Origin: a virus
Direction: 5' to 3' (one strand)
Length of the DNA stretch: 64,000 nucleotides
Virus record (IMG/VR): IMGVR_UViG_3300032516_000005
Shown: one piece after another, positions 1 through 9,736 of the stretch
How the letters are laid out: each line of letters begins with the position of its first letter
Numbering within the stretch: the first letter of the stretch is position 1
The notes under the pieces: model-generated
Database searches by the model: none
What the model saw: the letters and a program-made list of their open reading frames with translations, nothing else
Told to the model about the DNA's origin: nothing
Made by a program: the position numbers and the translations under genes

Positions 1-305
1 TCGAGTGCGGCAAGGCCGTTCTCGGTGGCGACGTCTTCGAGAACGTAGCCCTGTTCGAGCATGTAGCCGAACATCCAGTGCAGCACCCAGCGTGCGCGCT
101 CGCGGACGTCGACGACTTCAGGCGAGCTGTGCGAAAGCGCCAGGAGTCCGAGATGGATCCCAAGCACGTGATGCGCTGGCAGTCGGCTCTCGTCGAACGT
201 CTTGCCGACAAGGCGCATCTGCGCCATCTGCACCAGCCTCACTTGCTTGCGTGCACGCTTCTCCAACGCGAGGCGCCACGGCGTCTTGGCGAGTCGACCC
301 TTCAT
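1..305 (-). CDS. Hypothetical protein, partial (runs off the window)
   Basis: ATG at 305 overlaps the stop of 302..985 (ATGA); frame open to base 1 (MKGRLAKTPW...EQGYVLEDVATENGLAAL). Confidence 0.6.
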   Translation of the reverse strand, partial: MKGRLAKTPWRLALEKRARKQVRLVQMAQMRLVGKTFDESRLPAHHVLGIHLGLLALSHSSPEVVDVRERARWVLHWMFGYMLEQGYVLEDVATENGLAAL

Positions 306-985
306 GCAAATTCCTGGCTGATCAGCTCCAACGCGAACTTGTACTGGCCCACGAGCCAAGCAGCTTCGAACGCGGCTTTGATGTTCTTGCCGCGGTGACT
401 GCGATCGGTCAGGTCACGCCAGCGCCACTCGACGTCGAGATCCGAGATCGCGCTACGGTCAACGCCAAGCTCTGTGGCGCTAGCGACATGACTTTCCCAT
501 TCGCGCGGCCACGCGGGATCGACGGTTCGAGCGCTGCCGTAGCTATGGCTACGTGCGGACAAGCTCATCCCAAAATTCCCGTCGCTCTCCGTCCACGGCT
601 TGGTGAACTTCTCCCAGCTGTCGAGATCCTCCATGACGGCCATGATGATCTTGAGTCCGCGTTCGCTGAGTGAACGCAGGGTCGAGTGCAGCTCGCGTTT
701 CCGCTTGTCCCATCCCCACAGATCCTCGGGCAACTTCTCGCGGGCAGTCTTGACGCGTTGATAGAAGTCCGACGAGCCCTTGCGTTTGTAGCCGTTGAGT
801 ACGGTCCGGGGCGCCTTCGCAAACTCACGGCCCAGGTCGCGCGCGCGCGCGGTCGGGTTCACGGCGTCGGCGTCGGCCGACGCTTTGGCGAGCACCGGGC
901 CTGCAAGTGCAAGGTCAAGCACGTCGGTGAGAAGGCCAACGACGTTCCGTGGATCACGGAAGGGTATGAGCGCTGGCTTCGTCAC
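302..985 (-). CDS. Hypothetical protein
   Basis: 227-aa ORF tiling with neighbours on the minus strand. Confidence 0.65.
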   Translation of the reverse strand: MTKPALIPFRDPRNVVGLLTDVLDLALAGPVLAKASADADAVNPTARARDLGREFAKAPRTVLNGYKRKGSSDFYQRVKTAREKLPEDLWGWDKRKRELHSTLRSLSERGLKIIMAVMEDLDSWEKFTKPWTESDGNFGMSLSARSHSYGSARTVDPAWPREWESHVASATELGVDRSAISDLDVEWRWRDLTDRSHRGKNIKAAFEAAWLVGQYKFALELISQEFA

Positions 986-988
986 GAC

Positions 989-1366
989 TCAAGCCTTCGC
1001 AGCCTCTTCAAACGCGCGCAACTTTTCTTCCAATTGCTTAGTACGCGCCTGCCAGTCGTACATTTCGGCGCGGGCTTCCGCGGTCTCGCGACGAAGCTGC
1101 TGGATCTGTGCTTCGGGGCCGACGGCGTGATCAGGATCGATGCGCGTCGCAGCCTTGATTAAGTTGTCGAACGGCATGGCGCCGTAGGTCATGCCGTTGA
1201 GCGTGAAACGTAGTTCGACGGCGCCGGGTCCGTTGCAGATGAGACGGATCTCGTACGCGATCTTCCCGAGCACGCTCGGGTCGTACGCACCCTCGACGAT
1301 CACGGCGTGAGTCGGCTGGTGCGGTGCACGCGTGTGGTGGTTGATCGGTTCGTTGTCGTTGCTCAT
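989..1366 (-). CDS. Hypothetical protein with C-terminal coiled coil
   Basis: Start re-called to MSNDNEP (ATGA overlap with upstream stop). Confidence 0.6.
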   Translation of the reverse strand: MSNDNEPINHHTRAPHQPTHAVIVEGAYDPSVLGKIAYEIRLICNGPGAVELRFTLNGMTYGAMPFDNLIKAATRIDPDHAVGPEAQIQQLRRETAEARAEMYDWQARTKQLEEKLRAFEEAAKA

Positions 1367-1629
1367 GGTACCCACGTGGAATCGACGGGTGCGTGATCCT
1401 CGCCGGTTACATGGACGAGGCAGACCTTGTGCTTGTCCACGACGTCCAATTCCTGCACGGCGTCCACGTGCGGATCTCCGAGGCCGCGCCACTTTGCTTT
1501 GGCAGCTTTACGTGCAGCGGGTACGTCGCCGGCAACGACGATGACCACTTCATGGTCCTCACCCATCCGACCTTCGGCGACCTTGCCTCCGAGGTACACG
1601 ACAAACAGTTTCACTTGATCGTCGCTCAT
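1363..1629 (-). CDS. DUF1543-like protein
   Basis: KLFVVYLGG...EDHEV...AKAKW...HVD pattern typical of DUF1543. Confidence 0.65.
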   Translation of the reverse strand: MSDDQVKLFVVYLGGKVAEGRMGEDHEVVIVVAGDVPAARKAAKAKWRGLGDPHVDAVQELDVVDKHKVCLVHVTGEDHAPVDSTWVP

Positions 1630-2507
1630 GTAGCCCTCTTCGTCTTGTGCTCACGCAGGACCGCGCGGACGCGCTTCTGCCGCGCTACTGTTGATGCGTC
1701 CGTACCCACGACCGTGACCAACGCGTCGAAGAGTGTCGTGTCGTGCTCGATGCGCTGGCAGGTCCGTAGGCCAAGTAACGCGTGGTCGCTGTGGGTCGCG
1801 TCGACGATTGCTGCGACGACACGGTCTTTGGGTGTCGCCTGTAGTTCAACGAGCCTACGGATGTTGCCGTGCTGGATTTCTTCAGACTCGCCGGTCAAGA
1901 GCAGCGCCTCGATCGCGTCGCAGAGTGCTTCGTCCTTCATCGCGCGCTGACAGAGACGCGCGCCCAGCTGCGCATCGTGCTTCATGACGTCTTCGATCGC
2001 GCTCCTTACGTCATAGCGGCCATCGCTGTAGTGCCGCGTGTATTCGAGCAGGCGCTCGCGCGCGTAGAAGTTGCCGATCTCCTTCGAGGCGTGCTTGTGC
2101 AGGTACGTAAGGCCCTCGTCGTCTTGCACGAAGCGTAGCCAGAACAGGTTGTGGACTGCGCTCGCCGCAGAGTCACCGACGAGGTGACCTTGCGCCAGGG
2201 CACCGACAACCGTGAACTCCAGTGAGTGCTTTAGCTCGACGGTGTACTGCGAGTTCGGCACCTCGATGTTGTCGAGGACGTAGGTCGGGTGACCCTTGGG
2301 TTTCTGACCGATCTTGTCGACGATCCAGTGGTACCGCGGCCGCTGTTCTTCGATCCAAGCGCGAATGAACGAACGTGACGGCACCGCATACGGTTCCAAG
2401 ATCAACCGTCGCGAGCGCCTGGAGTTCTGTTCCTCGCGCGTGCTGAGGTCCAACCGCCAGAGGGCGCCGCCACGGTGTCCGACACGATTTTCACGCTCGA
2501 ACGTCAT
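1626..2507 (-). CDS. Hypothetical protein
   Basis: Start MTFEREN with ATGA overlap; 293 aa. Confidence 0.6.
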   Translation of the reverse strand: MTFERENRVGHRGGALWRLDLSTREEQNSRRSRRLILEPYAVPSRSFIRAWIEEQRPRYHWIVDKIGQKPKGHPTYVLDNIEVPNSQYTVELKHSLEFTVVGALAQGHLVGDSAASAVHNLFWLRFVQDDEGLTYLHKHASKEIGNFYARERLLEYTRHYSDGRYDVRSAIEDVMKHDAQLGARLCQRAMKDEALCDAIEALLLTGESEEIQHGNIRRLVELQATPKDRVVAAIVDATHSDHALLGLRTCQRIEHDTTLFDALVTVVGTDASTVARQKRVRAVLREHKTKRAT

Positions 2508-2782
2508 GACAGCGCAAGTGCTCCACGTTCCATGACCATTGGTGCCGCCAGCTCGATGACCGTCTTCCACTCGGCGCACAACGGTGTTGCAGGCCCGACC
2601 CAACGCGTTCCAAGGATCGCGCGCGCGATCACTACAAACGCGTCGCGTCCGTTGTCGGTCAAGACGTCTTCGGGTTGGAGTCCCATCTGCTGTGCTTGGT
2701 TGGCGAGATGTCGAAGGCCGCCGTACAGCCGGCGTTGTAGCCAGGCATCGGTCAGCTCTGCCTTGACGATCTTCTTGAGCAT
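2504..2782 (-). CDS. Hypothetical protein
   Basis: MLKKIVKAEL..., AAGG upstream. Confidence 0.55.
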   Translation of the reverse strand: MLKKIVKAELTDAWLQRRLYGGLRHLANQAQQMGLQPEDVLTDNGRDAFVVIARAILGTRWVGPATPLCAEWKTVIELAAPMVMERGALALS

Positions 2783-2814
2783 CGAGGCGACCTTCTTGCG
2801 TTTGTACAGGGTCA

Positions 2815-3060
2815 CTAGAGACGTTCCCCGAGCGCGGTGAACGTCAGCGCCTCGTCTGCACTGGGCAGACACTCGCGCAGCACGCCCGTGCGCCAGAATC
2901 GGGAGCCGGCGACCCTGTTCGCGTCGGTGTGACTCAAGAGCCAGAACCGGAACAGATCGGGGCCGTGCTCGGTCTTGTCGACAAGCGCCTCAGCGACGCC
3001 GAACGGCGGCATGGGCGTGTCCGTGATGATCTCGGGGCCTGTATGACGCGAGAACGGCAT
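2815..3060 (-). CDS. Hypothetical protein
   Basis: 81 aa, GGGAGG RBS upstream of ATG. Confidence 0.6.
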   Translation of the reverse strand: MPFSRHTGPEIITDTPMPPFGVAEALVDKTEHGPDLFRFWLLSHTDANRVAGSRFWRTGVLRECLPSADEALTFTALGERL

Positions 3061-3096
3061 GTGTCCCTCCCTCGATAGCGTTACACGCGTTGCAAG

Positions 3097-3321
3097 TCAA
3101 GAGTGATGTAGCAAGGTCAGATCTCGAAGCGTAGTGCGTCCAAGCGCCGTGATCACGAGGTCGTCACCTTCCCACGCGACGAGTTCGCGGCGCACCAGCG
3201 ATCGCCACGTGCCGTCGGCGCCGCCGTACTCGGACATGCCCCTGCAGTGCGCAGTGGGTGACAGACCGTCGCGAATGTTTTCGAGCATCCGGATCTGCGT
3301 GTGTGACAGTTTCCGCGTCAC
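3097..3321 (-). CDS. Small winged-helix-like protein
   Basis: LVRRELV...ITALGR wing-type motif. Confidence 0.5.
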   Translation of the reverse strand: MTRKLSHTQIRMLENIRDGLSPTAHCRGMSEYGGADGTWRSLVRRELVAWEGDDLVITALGRTTLRDLTLLHHS

Positions 3322-3323
3322 AG

Positions 3324-3665
3324 TCAGCGTCCCCAGCTGTTGAAGATGTGATTCTTGGGATCCGGCGACAACCGTTCCAACGTGGCCAGGATTGCATCGG
3401 CAACGCTTTCCCACTTCGTGCCGATCGTTTCGGCGTAGGGCTCGGACACGGACCGCAGCGCGTTGCGGAGCTTCTCTTCGGTGATGTCGCCCGTCAGCGA
3501 TAACAGCGACAGCTCGATAGCGTCGACCATCGACGCAGCCGACTCGGCCGGCTCTTCGTCGCCGTCGACGAACGACAGCACGAGCTGTGGCAGCTCGCTC
3601 TGTTTGGCGCGGTTGATCACCTCGACAAGCCAGGCGTTGTCGGGCTTGTCGTTTATGTCGCTCAC
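3324..3665 (-). CDS. Hypothetical acidic protein
   Basis: 113-aa ORF within operon. Confidence 0.6.
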   Translation of the reverse strand: MSDINDKPDNAWLVEVINRAKQSELPQLVLSFVDGDEEPAESAASMVDAIELSLLSLTGDITEEKLRNALRSVSEPYAETIGTKWESVADAILATLERLSPDPKNHIFNSWGR

Positions 3666-3668
3666 GGG

Positions 3669-4490
3669 TTACGCCGCCGCGTCGTCGGTGACCGTCGACG
3701 TGAGTGGCGAGTCCATGAAGTGCGCGATCGCCGCTTCGATCGACTCGATGTCGACCGTAGCGCCGGCTTGCTTGGCGGCAGCCGTGGCCGCTTCCTCGAT
3801 CGCGACCGCGTCCTCACCGTTGTTCTTCTTGGCAGCACGCGTGGCATCCTTGACCGCCTCACGGATCTCGGTTGCCGCCTCGGGCACGCGCTCCAACGCG
3901 AACCGAATTGCGTCGCTCTGGAAGCCGATCGCAAGCCGTTCGAGGTTCTTCGACCGGATGCGGAGCTTGTGTAGGGACGCGAGGTCGCCACCACGTAGCG
4001 CATCACGCAACTCGATCAGGATGCCGCGGATCGTGTGCGCAATCTCCTGAACGGCTTCGGGGTGCGCGGGATCGAGCTTGAGCGGTGCCACGCTGATCTT
4101 TGCGCGACGCTCCGACTTGGCCTTTTTGGCCGCGTTCGTGTTCAGATCGTCTGCTTCGCGGACGATCGCAGCAATCTCGACCTTGACCTTACGGAGCGCT
4201 GCATTGTCAGCGAACCAGCCCATCGCCGTACGTGCGCAGTGCTTGCGCAGTACGTAGTCGACTTTCTTGACGATTGCGTCGACCGCCGCGCAGTACTCGA
4301 CGTGATCGACCGTCTTGCGCGTCTTGTGGTCGGCCTGAACGCCGTTACCCTTGTTGATCGACTTCTCCTTCACCAGCTCGCGGTCGTACCGGATGCCGCC
4401 GCTCGCACTGGAGCAATCGACGATCAACCAGCCCGGTCGAAAGTGAAAGACGCCGTCGCTCTTGTTCTTGTTGCTCTTGCTCTTGCTCAT
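3669..4490 (-). CDS. Hypothetical helical protein of the AAA/VWA operon
   Basis: 273 aa, CTAGGGAG RBS. Confidence 0.7.
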   Translation of the reverse strand: MSKSKSNKNKSDGVFHFRPGWLIVDCSSASGGIRYDRELVKEKSINKGNGVQADHKTRKTVDHVEYCAAVDAIVKKVDYVLRKHCARTAMGWFADNAALRKVKVEIAAIVREADDLNTNAAKKAKSERRAKISVAPLKLDPAHPEAVQEIAHTIRGILIELRDALRGGDLASLHKLRIRSKNLERLAIGFQSDAIRFALERVPEAATEIREAVKDATRAAKKNNGEDAVAIEEAATAAAKQAGATVDIESIEAAIAHFMDSPLTSTVTDDAAA

Positions 4491-4535
4491 GACGTTAGCT
4501 CCCTAGGTAGTCACCGACGCAGCTCTGCACCAGGG

Positions 4536-5825
4536 TTACAACTCGACTTCGATCACGCGTGCGTCGGCAGGTACATGGTCCTTGCACGACGAACCGACGA
4601 GCGCGACGACCAAGCGTCGCACTGACGCCGGCCTGTCAGGCCAATCATAGACCTCTCCGTCGGTCAGGTGCACCATCGCGTTGAACTTGCCGGGCTCTTT
4701 CTCGACCCGCGCATAGGCCTCGTCGAAGCTCGTACCGCCTCGGCCTTTCATGCGCTTCTTGATGTTGGCGTGGACAATCGACTTGGCCCCAGGCCGGATC
4801 CAGCAGGCTTCCTGCACGGCGTGATCGTGGACCACGAGAAACACTGGAACCCGGCAGTTGTTGACGATCGACGTCGTCTCGGCGACGCAGCGGCTTAGAT
4901 CCTCGTCAGACATCGAGCCCGATGAGTCGATAACAACCGAAGCTTTGCAACGGTACGTGATGCCGCCAGGTAGGATGATCTCGGTGGTGCTCCGACGCGA
5001 CCGACGTGACCAGGCGACGTCATCTCGGCCCGCTTCGGCGATTGCCCGGTACAGCGCGCCACGGAGGACCTCCGACCAGCGGACCTTGGGCGGTGGAACG
5101 TCGAGTAGTTCAGCAAGGAGGTTGCCCTCAGCTGTGCCGGCTTGGCGGCCGGTCATTTGCGCCTGGGCGGCACACTCGCGCCACTCCCGCTTGAGCTGGT
5201 CATCGGTCTTGCCTGCGCCCTCGCTCTCGCCGTCGCCCTCGCCGTCGCCCGGCTCGATCCCACAACCAGCTGCCACTGGCACCATGCCGGCCGCGTATGC
5301 ATCCTTGAGCCACTGGGGCGGCTCGGGCTGCTCGCTGTAGAGTTGCTCGGCCGTCATCTCGGCCTGGTCTTCGTTGGCCATGATGCCGATCGGCTTGCCC
5401 TTGTCGTCCATCGGCATCGAGAACGATCCCGCGCCGGCTTGGTCCGCGACGTTTTGAAGCGTCCGGTTGATGATCAAGTCGGTCGAGATGTTCCAGCGTA
5501 GCGGGTCACGATGACCGCGCCGGTCGTGGTGCAGCATGAGTGGGTGCATCAGCTCGTGCGCGATCACGAACTGCAGCTCGGCGTCCTTCAGCTTGGCTGC
5601 GAACGCAGGATTCACGCGAATGATGCCCAGCAGGTCAACGCACGCCGTGCCGGTTCGGTTGTCGGCGCGGAACTCGACGCGCGCAATCGACGGCAGGAAG
5701 AACGGAAACTTCCAGCCAAGGGCCATCGACTGCGCCTTGCAGCGCTTGACGAGCGCGGCAGCGACCTCGGGATCGATCGTCGCACGCTTGCCGTTCGAGG
5801 TCGGGATGGGGTTCGATGCCGTCAT
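4536..5825 (-). CDS. DUF2201-type HExxH metallopeptidase-like domain fused to VWA domain
   Basis: IAHELMH; VWA MIDAS DSSGSMS, GRGGTSF, LTDGE; start MTASNP. Confidence 0.85.
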   Translation of the reverse strand: MTASNPIPTSNGKRATIDPEVAAALVKRCKAQSMALGWKFPFFLPSIARVEFRADNRTGTACVDLLGIIRVNPAFAAKLKDAELQFVIAHELMHPLMLHHDRRGHRDPLRWNISTDLIINRTLQNVADQAGAGSFSMPMDDKGKPIGIMANEDQAEMTAEQLYSEQPEPPQWLKDAYAAGMVPVAAGCGIEPGDGEGDGESEGAGKTDDQLKREWRECAAQAQMTGRQAGTAEGNLLAELLDVPPPKVRWSEVLRGALYRAIAEAGRDDVAWSRRSRRSTTEIILPGGITYRCKASVVIDSSGSMSDEDLSRCVAETTSIVNNCRVPVFLVVHDHAVQEACWIRPGAKSIVHANIKKRMKGRGGTSFDEAYARVEKEPGKFNAMVHLTDGEVYDWPDRPASVRRLVVALVGSSCKDHVPADARVIEVEL

Positions 5826-5986
5826 GACGTGCTCCTGGACAAACGAGTCAGCTTGACGTGCTCGGCGGCTTCGTCGAGTGCCTTGCCGCTGCACTCCATC
5901 ACGTGAGACAGAAACGCGCCCCACATGCCGTAGGCGTTCGCGATGCGCGTACGAAACTCCTCGTCGGTTTCCATCACCGGCTCCAT
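5822..5986 (-). CDS. Small hypothetical protein
   Basis: Fills the gap between AAA and VWA genes with tight junctions. Confidence 0.45.
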   Translation of the reverse strand: MEPVMETDEEFRTRIANAYGMWGAFLSHVMECSGKALDEAAEHVKLTRLSRSTS

Positions 5987-5987
5987 G

Positions 5988-8009
5988 TTACTGCATCGCC
6001 CGACGAACTTTGGCGAGCCCGTCGATCTGTGCCTTCTTGCCCAACTGGAACCACTTGGAGGCACCCTGCGGAACACGTGTCATGAGGACGCGCGCACACG
6101 CCGCGCTGATCTCAGGCAGGAGCCGCTCGGTGTAGATCCACGACGCCCACAGGTCCTTGTCGGCGACGCGTGCGAGCAGACCGACCGCGGCGATCTGGCG
6201 ATCTTTTTGTTCCGGCACTTTCGCCTTGACGGGATCGCGCAGGATGTCGTCGATCGACGGCAGATGCTTGCGCATCTTGCGAATGGCCAGGAACGCGATG
6301 GCCTTGGCCTCACCGACCGCACCGGACAGGATCGCGTAGCCGATGTCATCCTCGTCCTTGCCAACGTTGAAGCCGACGCCGGCCTTCGCGCAGTAGCTCG
6401 CGTACGCACGCAGGCCACGCTCCCAGGCGCGGGGGCTCGCAAACGGGGCACCTGCGTCGATGGCCGCGCGGGGCGGCGTCATGTCGAGCAGGTCGCTGTT
6501 GACGCTGAGGGTCGCGGAAAAGTCGAGGAACTCCTCGTGGAGGCGCGTCTCGGGGTTGCCGACGCTGTCGAAGAACGCGCGAATCTCGTCGAGCGTCGGC
6601 ATGAAGTCGACGATCTTGATGACGCGGTTGATGCTGGCAGCCGACATCTCGATGCCACCGGGGCACTCCTCGGGTCGGTTCGCGGCACCGACGACGCAGC
6701 TCTCGGGGTGGAGAGGTGTACTGCCCGCATAGTGCTCCAGCAGGAGGCGCATGAGCGGTGCCTGGACGCTCGGCGGGACGCTGGTCAACTCGTCGAGGAA
6801 CAACAGGCCCGGTGCTTCGACGCAGGCTTGGATCTGCGAGATCAGGGCGCGGCGCAGTACGCCGTCGACGATGTACGGCAGGCCGGCGATGTCGACGGCG
6901 TCGCAGTTTCCGGTGACGACACCGAACGGCAACAGGAAACTGCGATCGTGCTCGACTTCGAGGCACCACACGGCATCCACCTGCTGTAAATCTTCGATCG
7001 CGCGCACACGCCAGACCGCATTGTGATGTGCCTGCACCGTATCGAGGTTTTCACTGAGCGAAAACCGTACCGTAGCTGCGGTACGGGCACCGTAGTTGGT
7101 TGCCGTACCCGTCATGTCTACCTCGCCCGTAATGTAGAGACCAACGGCAGGGAACACCGTGCGGACGAACTTGATCGAGGCATCACCCGTGACCTGTAGC
7201 CGGTGCCAACGAGTGGTGTTGACGTGTCGGTCCTTCCTTGCTTTGGAGGCGTCGGCGTCGACGAACCCGCGTACGAACGCACGGAGGATCGGGAGCGGTG
7301 TCGAATCGGGATCCGGAAGGCGCTTGAAGTGCTCCAACGAAGTGACGATGATGTCGCCCTCCAAGCCCTTCACGTTAGCTACACGGAAGTCGCCGTCCCG
7401 CGTGAAGCGATTCAGGTATGTGACCTTCTTGCCGCACAAGCGCAGGCGCACGCCACTTTCCTTGCCGTGATTGACGTAGGTTGCGCCATCACCCCACACG
7501 AATCCTGCACGCCATGCGTGGCGCTCTTCAAGAGACGCGCGCTCGAAGTCAAACGTCGAGAACATGGTCGGTGCAGACGCCAACCTGTCGCCAACCTGGA
7601 GGTCCGTCGTCTGCGTGCCGTCGGCGAGATGCCAGCGATGATTACGTGTCGTACGTACCGCCGTTGGCGCGCCCGTGGTACCGCGTTGCAATGTCACGGC
7701 GAACACGGACTGTTGCCCGAAGTGTCGAACGATCGCTGCTTGTACCGCACCGGTATGGGAGATGACGTTGATGCGATCACCGTCGTGGAAGTCAGCGAAC
7801 CGTCGAACGCCGCGATCCGTGACGAATGCGGTTTCTGCACCGAAGCAGTTGCTGGCGAGCAGCTCATGGCAGGGCAGGTTGACTTCGAGCGCGACGGACC
7901 GAAAAAGTGCGGTCTTACCGACGCCTGGCGGGCCAACGACGAGCGGGGTGATCTTGGCGTCGACGCAGGCGATCAGGGCCTGCTTGGCTTGGGCAAATGA
8001 CAATGACAT
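5988..8009 (-). CDS. MoxR/AAA_5-type AAA+ ATPase containing an intein
   Basis: Walker A GPPGVGKT, Walker B LLFLDE, AANR, SPRAWE; interrupted by Hint + LAGLIDADG region. Confidence 0.9.
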   Translation of the reverse strand: MSLSFAQAKQALIACVDAKITPLVVGPPGVGKTALFRSVALEVNLPCHELLASNCFGAETAFVTDRGVRRFADFHDGDRINVISHTGAVQAAIVRHFGQQSVFAVTLQRGTTGAPTAVRTTRNHRWHLADGTQTTDLQVGDRLASAPTMFSTFDFERASLEERHAWRAGFVWGDGATYVNHGKESGVRLRLCGKKVTYLNRFTRDGDFRVANVKGLEGDIIVTSLEHFKRLPDPDSTPLPILRAFVRGFVDADASKARKDRHVNTTRWHRLQVTGDASIKFVRTVFPAVGLYITGEVDMTGTATNYGARTAATVRFSLSENLDTVQAHHNAVWRVRAIEDLQQVDAVWCLEVEHDRSFLLPFGVVTGNCDAVDIAGLPYIVDGVLRRALISQIQACVEAPGLLFLDELTSVPPSVQAPLMRLLLEHYAGSTPLHPESCVVGAANRPEECPGGIEMSAASINRVIKIVDFMPTLDEIRAFFDSVGNPETRLHEEFLDFSATLSVNSDLLDMTPPRAAIDAGAPFASPRAWERGLRAYASYCAKAGVGFNVGKDEDDIGYAILSGAVGEAKAIAFLAIRKMRKHLPSIDDILRDPVKAKVPEQKDRQIAAVGLLARVADKDLWASWIYTERLLPEISAACARVLMTRVPQGASKWFQLGKKAQIDGLAKVRRAMQ
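6906..7847 (-). mobile_element. Intein with LAGLIDADG endonuclease (314 aa) in the AAA+ ATPase
   Basis: ASN|CFGAETAFVT start, TRNHRW block B, AGFVWGDG and RGFVDADAS, VWCLEV...VTGN|C end. Confidence 0.88.
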
Positions 8010-8063
8010 GGTTCTGATAGCTCCCTAGGGTTTCTCGTGCTCGATCGTGGCGGCGACCAGTTG

Positions 8064-8092
8064 AGATTAGGATCGCTGCTGGGACTTGTCAA
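8064..8092 (-). promoter_or_regulatory. Sigma70-like promoter of the AAA/VWA operon
   Basis: TTGACA-N17-TAATCT on the minus strand. Confidence 0.7.
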
Positions 8093-8117
8093 GAGTGTTA
8101 TCGCAAGAGCGATCGGC

Positions 8118-8381
8118 CTATTCCGGCTTGACCCAGAACGTACCATCAGGCAGCCGAACCGCGGGCTCGAAGCTCGACAGCGCGAGCAGAACGTCGTATG
8201 CGTCGGCCCCAAGATAGCGGATGTACTGAGCAGCGATCTCACGGCTGAACTCGTGCGCGCCAGCTGTGTTCGCGGCGAGGATCGCTGCGCGAACGTTCTC
8301 GATGCGTGCGCCGCCAGGCAGGACTTCAGGCACCGACCAGAACTTGTGATCAGGCTTCGAACACTTCGGTCGGCGTCCCAT
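8118..8381 (-). CDS. Hypothetical protein
   Basis: MGRRPKCSK..., 2 nt after the upstream TAG. Confidence 0.55.
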   Translation of the reverse strand: MGRRPKCSKPDHKFWSVPEVLPGGARIENVRAAILAANTAGAHEFSREIAAQYIRYLGADAYDVLLALSSFEPAVRLPDGTFWVKPE

Positions 8382-8383
8382 AG

Positions 8384-8599
8384 CTACCACTCCGGTTTGA
8401 CGTTGAGGATGGCCCCGACCGTCGCAGGTTCGGGCGGGGAGTTTGTGTTCTGCTCGTCCACGAGCCGCTTGAGGATGGCCTCGGCGTGGCTCTGATTCTT
8501 CGCCGTGATCGTCATCCGCCACGTGCGCGTGAACTCCAGCTCGCATGTGAGCGGTACGTTGTTGATCTCGTCGATGAAGTCCTGCGCGTCATTCGCCAC
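8384..8599 (-). CDS. Hypothetical protein
   Basis: 71 aa; ITAKNQSHAE resembles IEARTAEEA of its neighbour. Confidence 0.55.
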   Translation of the reverse strand: MANDAQDFIDEINNVPLTCELEFTRTWRMTITAKNQSHAEAILKRLVDEQNTNSPPEPATVGAILNVKPEW

Positions 8600-8798
8600 G
8601 GATCACCCTCACCTTCGCGCTCTGGCTGATGACGTCGCCTTCACGCCAGTAGTTCGAGCCTGCGTTGTCGACTTCGTTCTCGGCCATCTGCTGCGCTTCC
8701 TCAGCGGTGCGCGCTTCGATCTCGACAGTCGCGACGTGCTCGATCTGCCGCTTGATGATGACCGTGTACTTCGACAGCTTCGCTTTGCGGTTAGCCAT
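8589..8798 (-). CDS. Hypothetical protein (VEIEARTAEEA small phage-type fold)
   Basis: Start MANRKAK after TAGCC. Confidence 0.6.
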   Translation of the reverse strand: MANRKAKLSKYTVIIKRQIEHVATVEIEARTAEEAQQMAENEVDNAGSNYWREGDVISQSAKVRVIRGE

Positions 8799-8861
8799 GG
8801 CTACTTGATTTCCTTTGCGCGCCTGTGCCACGCGTGCGCGGGGGACGATGCTCGACATGAC

Positions 8862-9243
8862 CTACCCCTTCTCGTGATCGGTTGAACGCTTCGAGCCACC
8901 GACGTCGCCGAACCCGCCGACGACGTGCTCGTGGCCCCAAGCGTCCTTGACGGTCACGCTGCGGGCCTCGACGACCATCAGGCCGAGATTGTCGGCGGCC
9001 CAGACGTAGACCCACTTGCGCGCGACGTGGGGCTCGCCGTCGTGCTTCGTGGGGCTCGCCGTCGTGCTTCTTGAGGAACTCGGCGACGCACCAGTCGATG
9101 CGCGCGCCACGGATCGAGCCGTGCTTGGCGATCGCTTCGGCCGTCTGACCGGCGAACGCCGTACGCGACAGATACCACAGCTCGATCAGCTCGGTCTGGT
9201 CCTTGTCGTCGGGCTCGTAGCCGCCTACTTCACGTGCGCGCAT
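8862..9243 (-). pseudogene. Hypothetical gene frameshifted by a 22-bp tandem duplication
   Basis: MRAREV...KKHDGEPH continues as HDGEPHVARKWVY in another frame; duplication at 9026-9069. Confidence 0.65.
9026..9069. repeat. Perfect 22-bp tandem duplication CGTGGGGCTCGCCGTCGTGCTT x2
   Basis: Direct reading: 9026-9047 = 9048-9069. Confidence 0.95.
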
Positions 9244-9307
9244 GGTGGTTTGTCCTTGTAGGTTCAACGTTGTACGCGGTTGCACTATTCAAAGCAAGAG
9301 CGACTTG

Positions 9308-9712
9308 CTACGCGACGTACACCGCCGCGTACCAGCCCGTGCACTCCTCGACGTGAAACCCCGCCGCGCGGAGCTTGGCCTGCATACCTTCGTACAGCGT
9401 GTACGGCGTCGCGCTGGGCTTGCCGGTCTCCTGGTAGATCTCGCAATCGAGGTTGTATGCCGCGTCCATCGAGAACGCCGGCCGCAGATCACCGCCGTCG
9501 TACACGACGATCAGCTCGGACTTCTTGCCGTACTCCTCGCCACGCGTGCGCCATGCCGTCGGCGAGTAGAATGCCGTGCAGCCGCCCGTGTGGGTCAGCT
9601 CGTGTGCCTTGAGGAACTCAACGATGATCGCGTGGGCCTTCTTACCCTTCGCGCTGAGGCCTTCGGGCATGTCGAGAGCGGTGTTCGTAGCGGTGACGGT
9701 GTTCGTGTTCAT
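9308..9712 (-). CDS. Hypothetical protein
   Basis: 134 aa, AAGGAG RBS. Confidence 0.7.
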   Translation of the reverse strand: MNTNTVTATNTALDMPEGLSAKGKKAHAIIVEFLKAHELTHTGGCTAFYSPTAWRTRGEEYGKKSELIVVYDGGDLRPAFSMDAAYNLDCEIYQETGKPSATPYTLYEGMQAKLRAAGFHVEECTGWYAAVYVA

Positions 9713-9736
9713 GACAGCTCCTTGATCGTGATCGGG

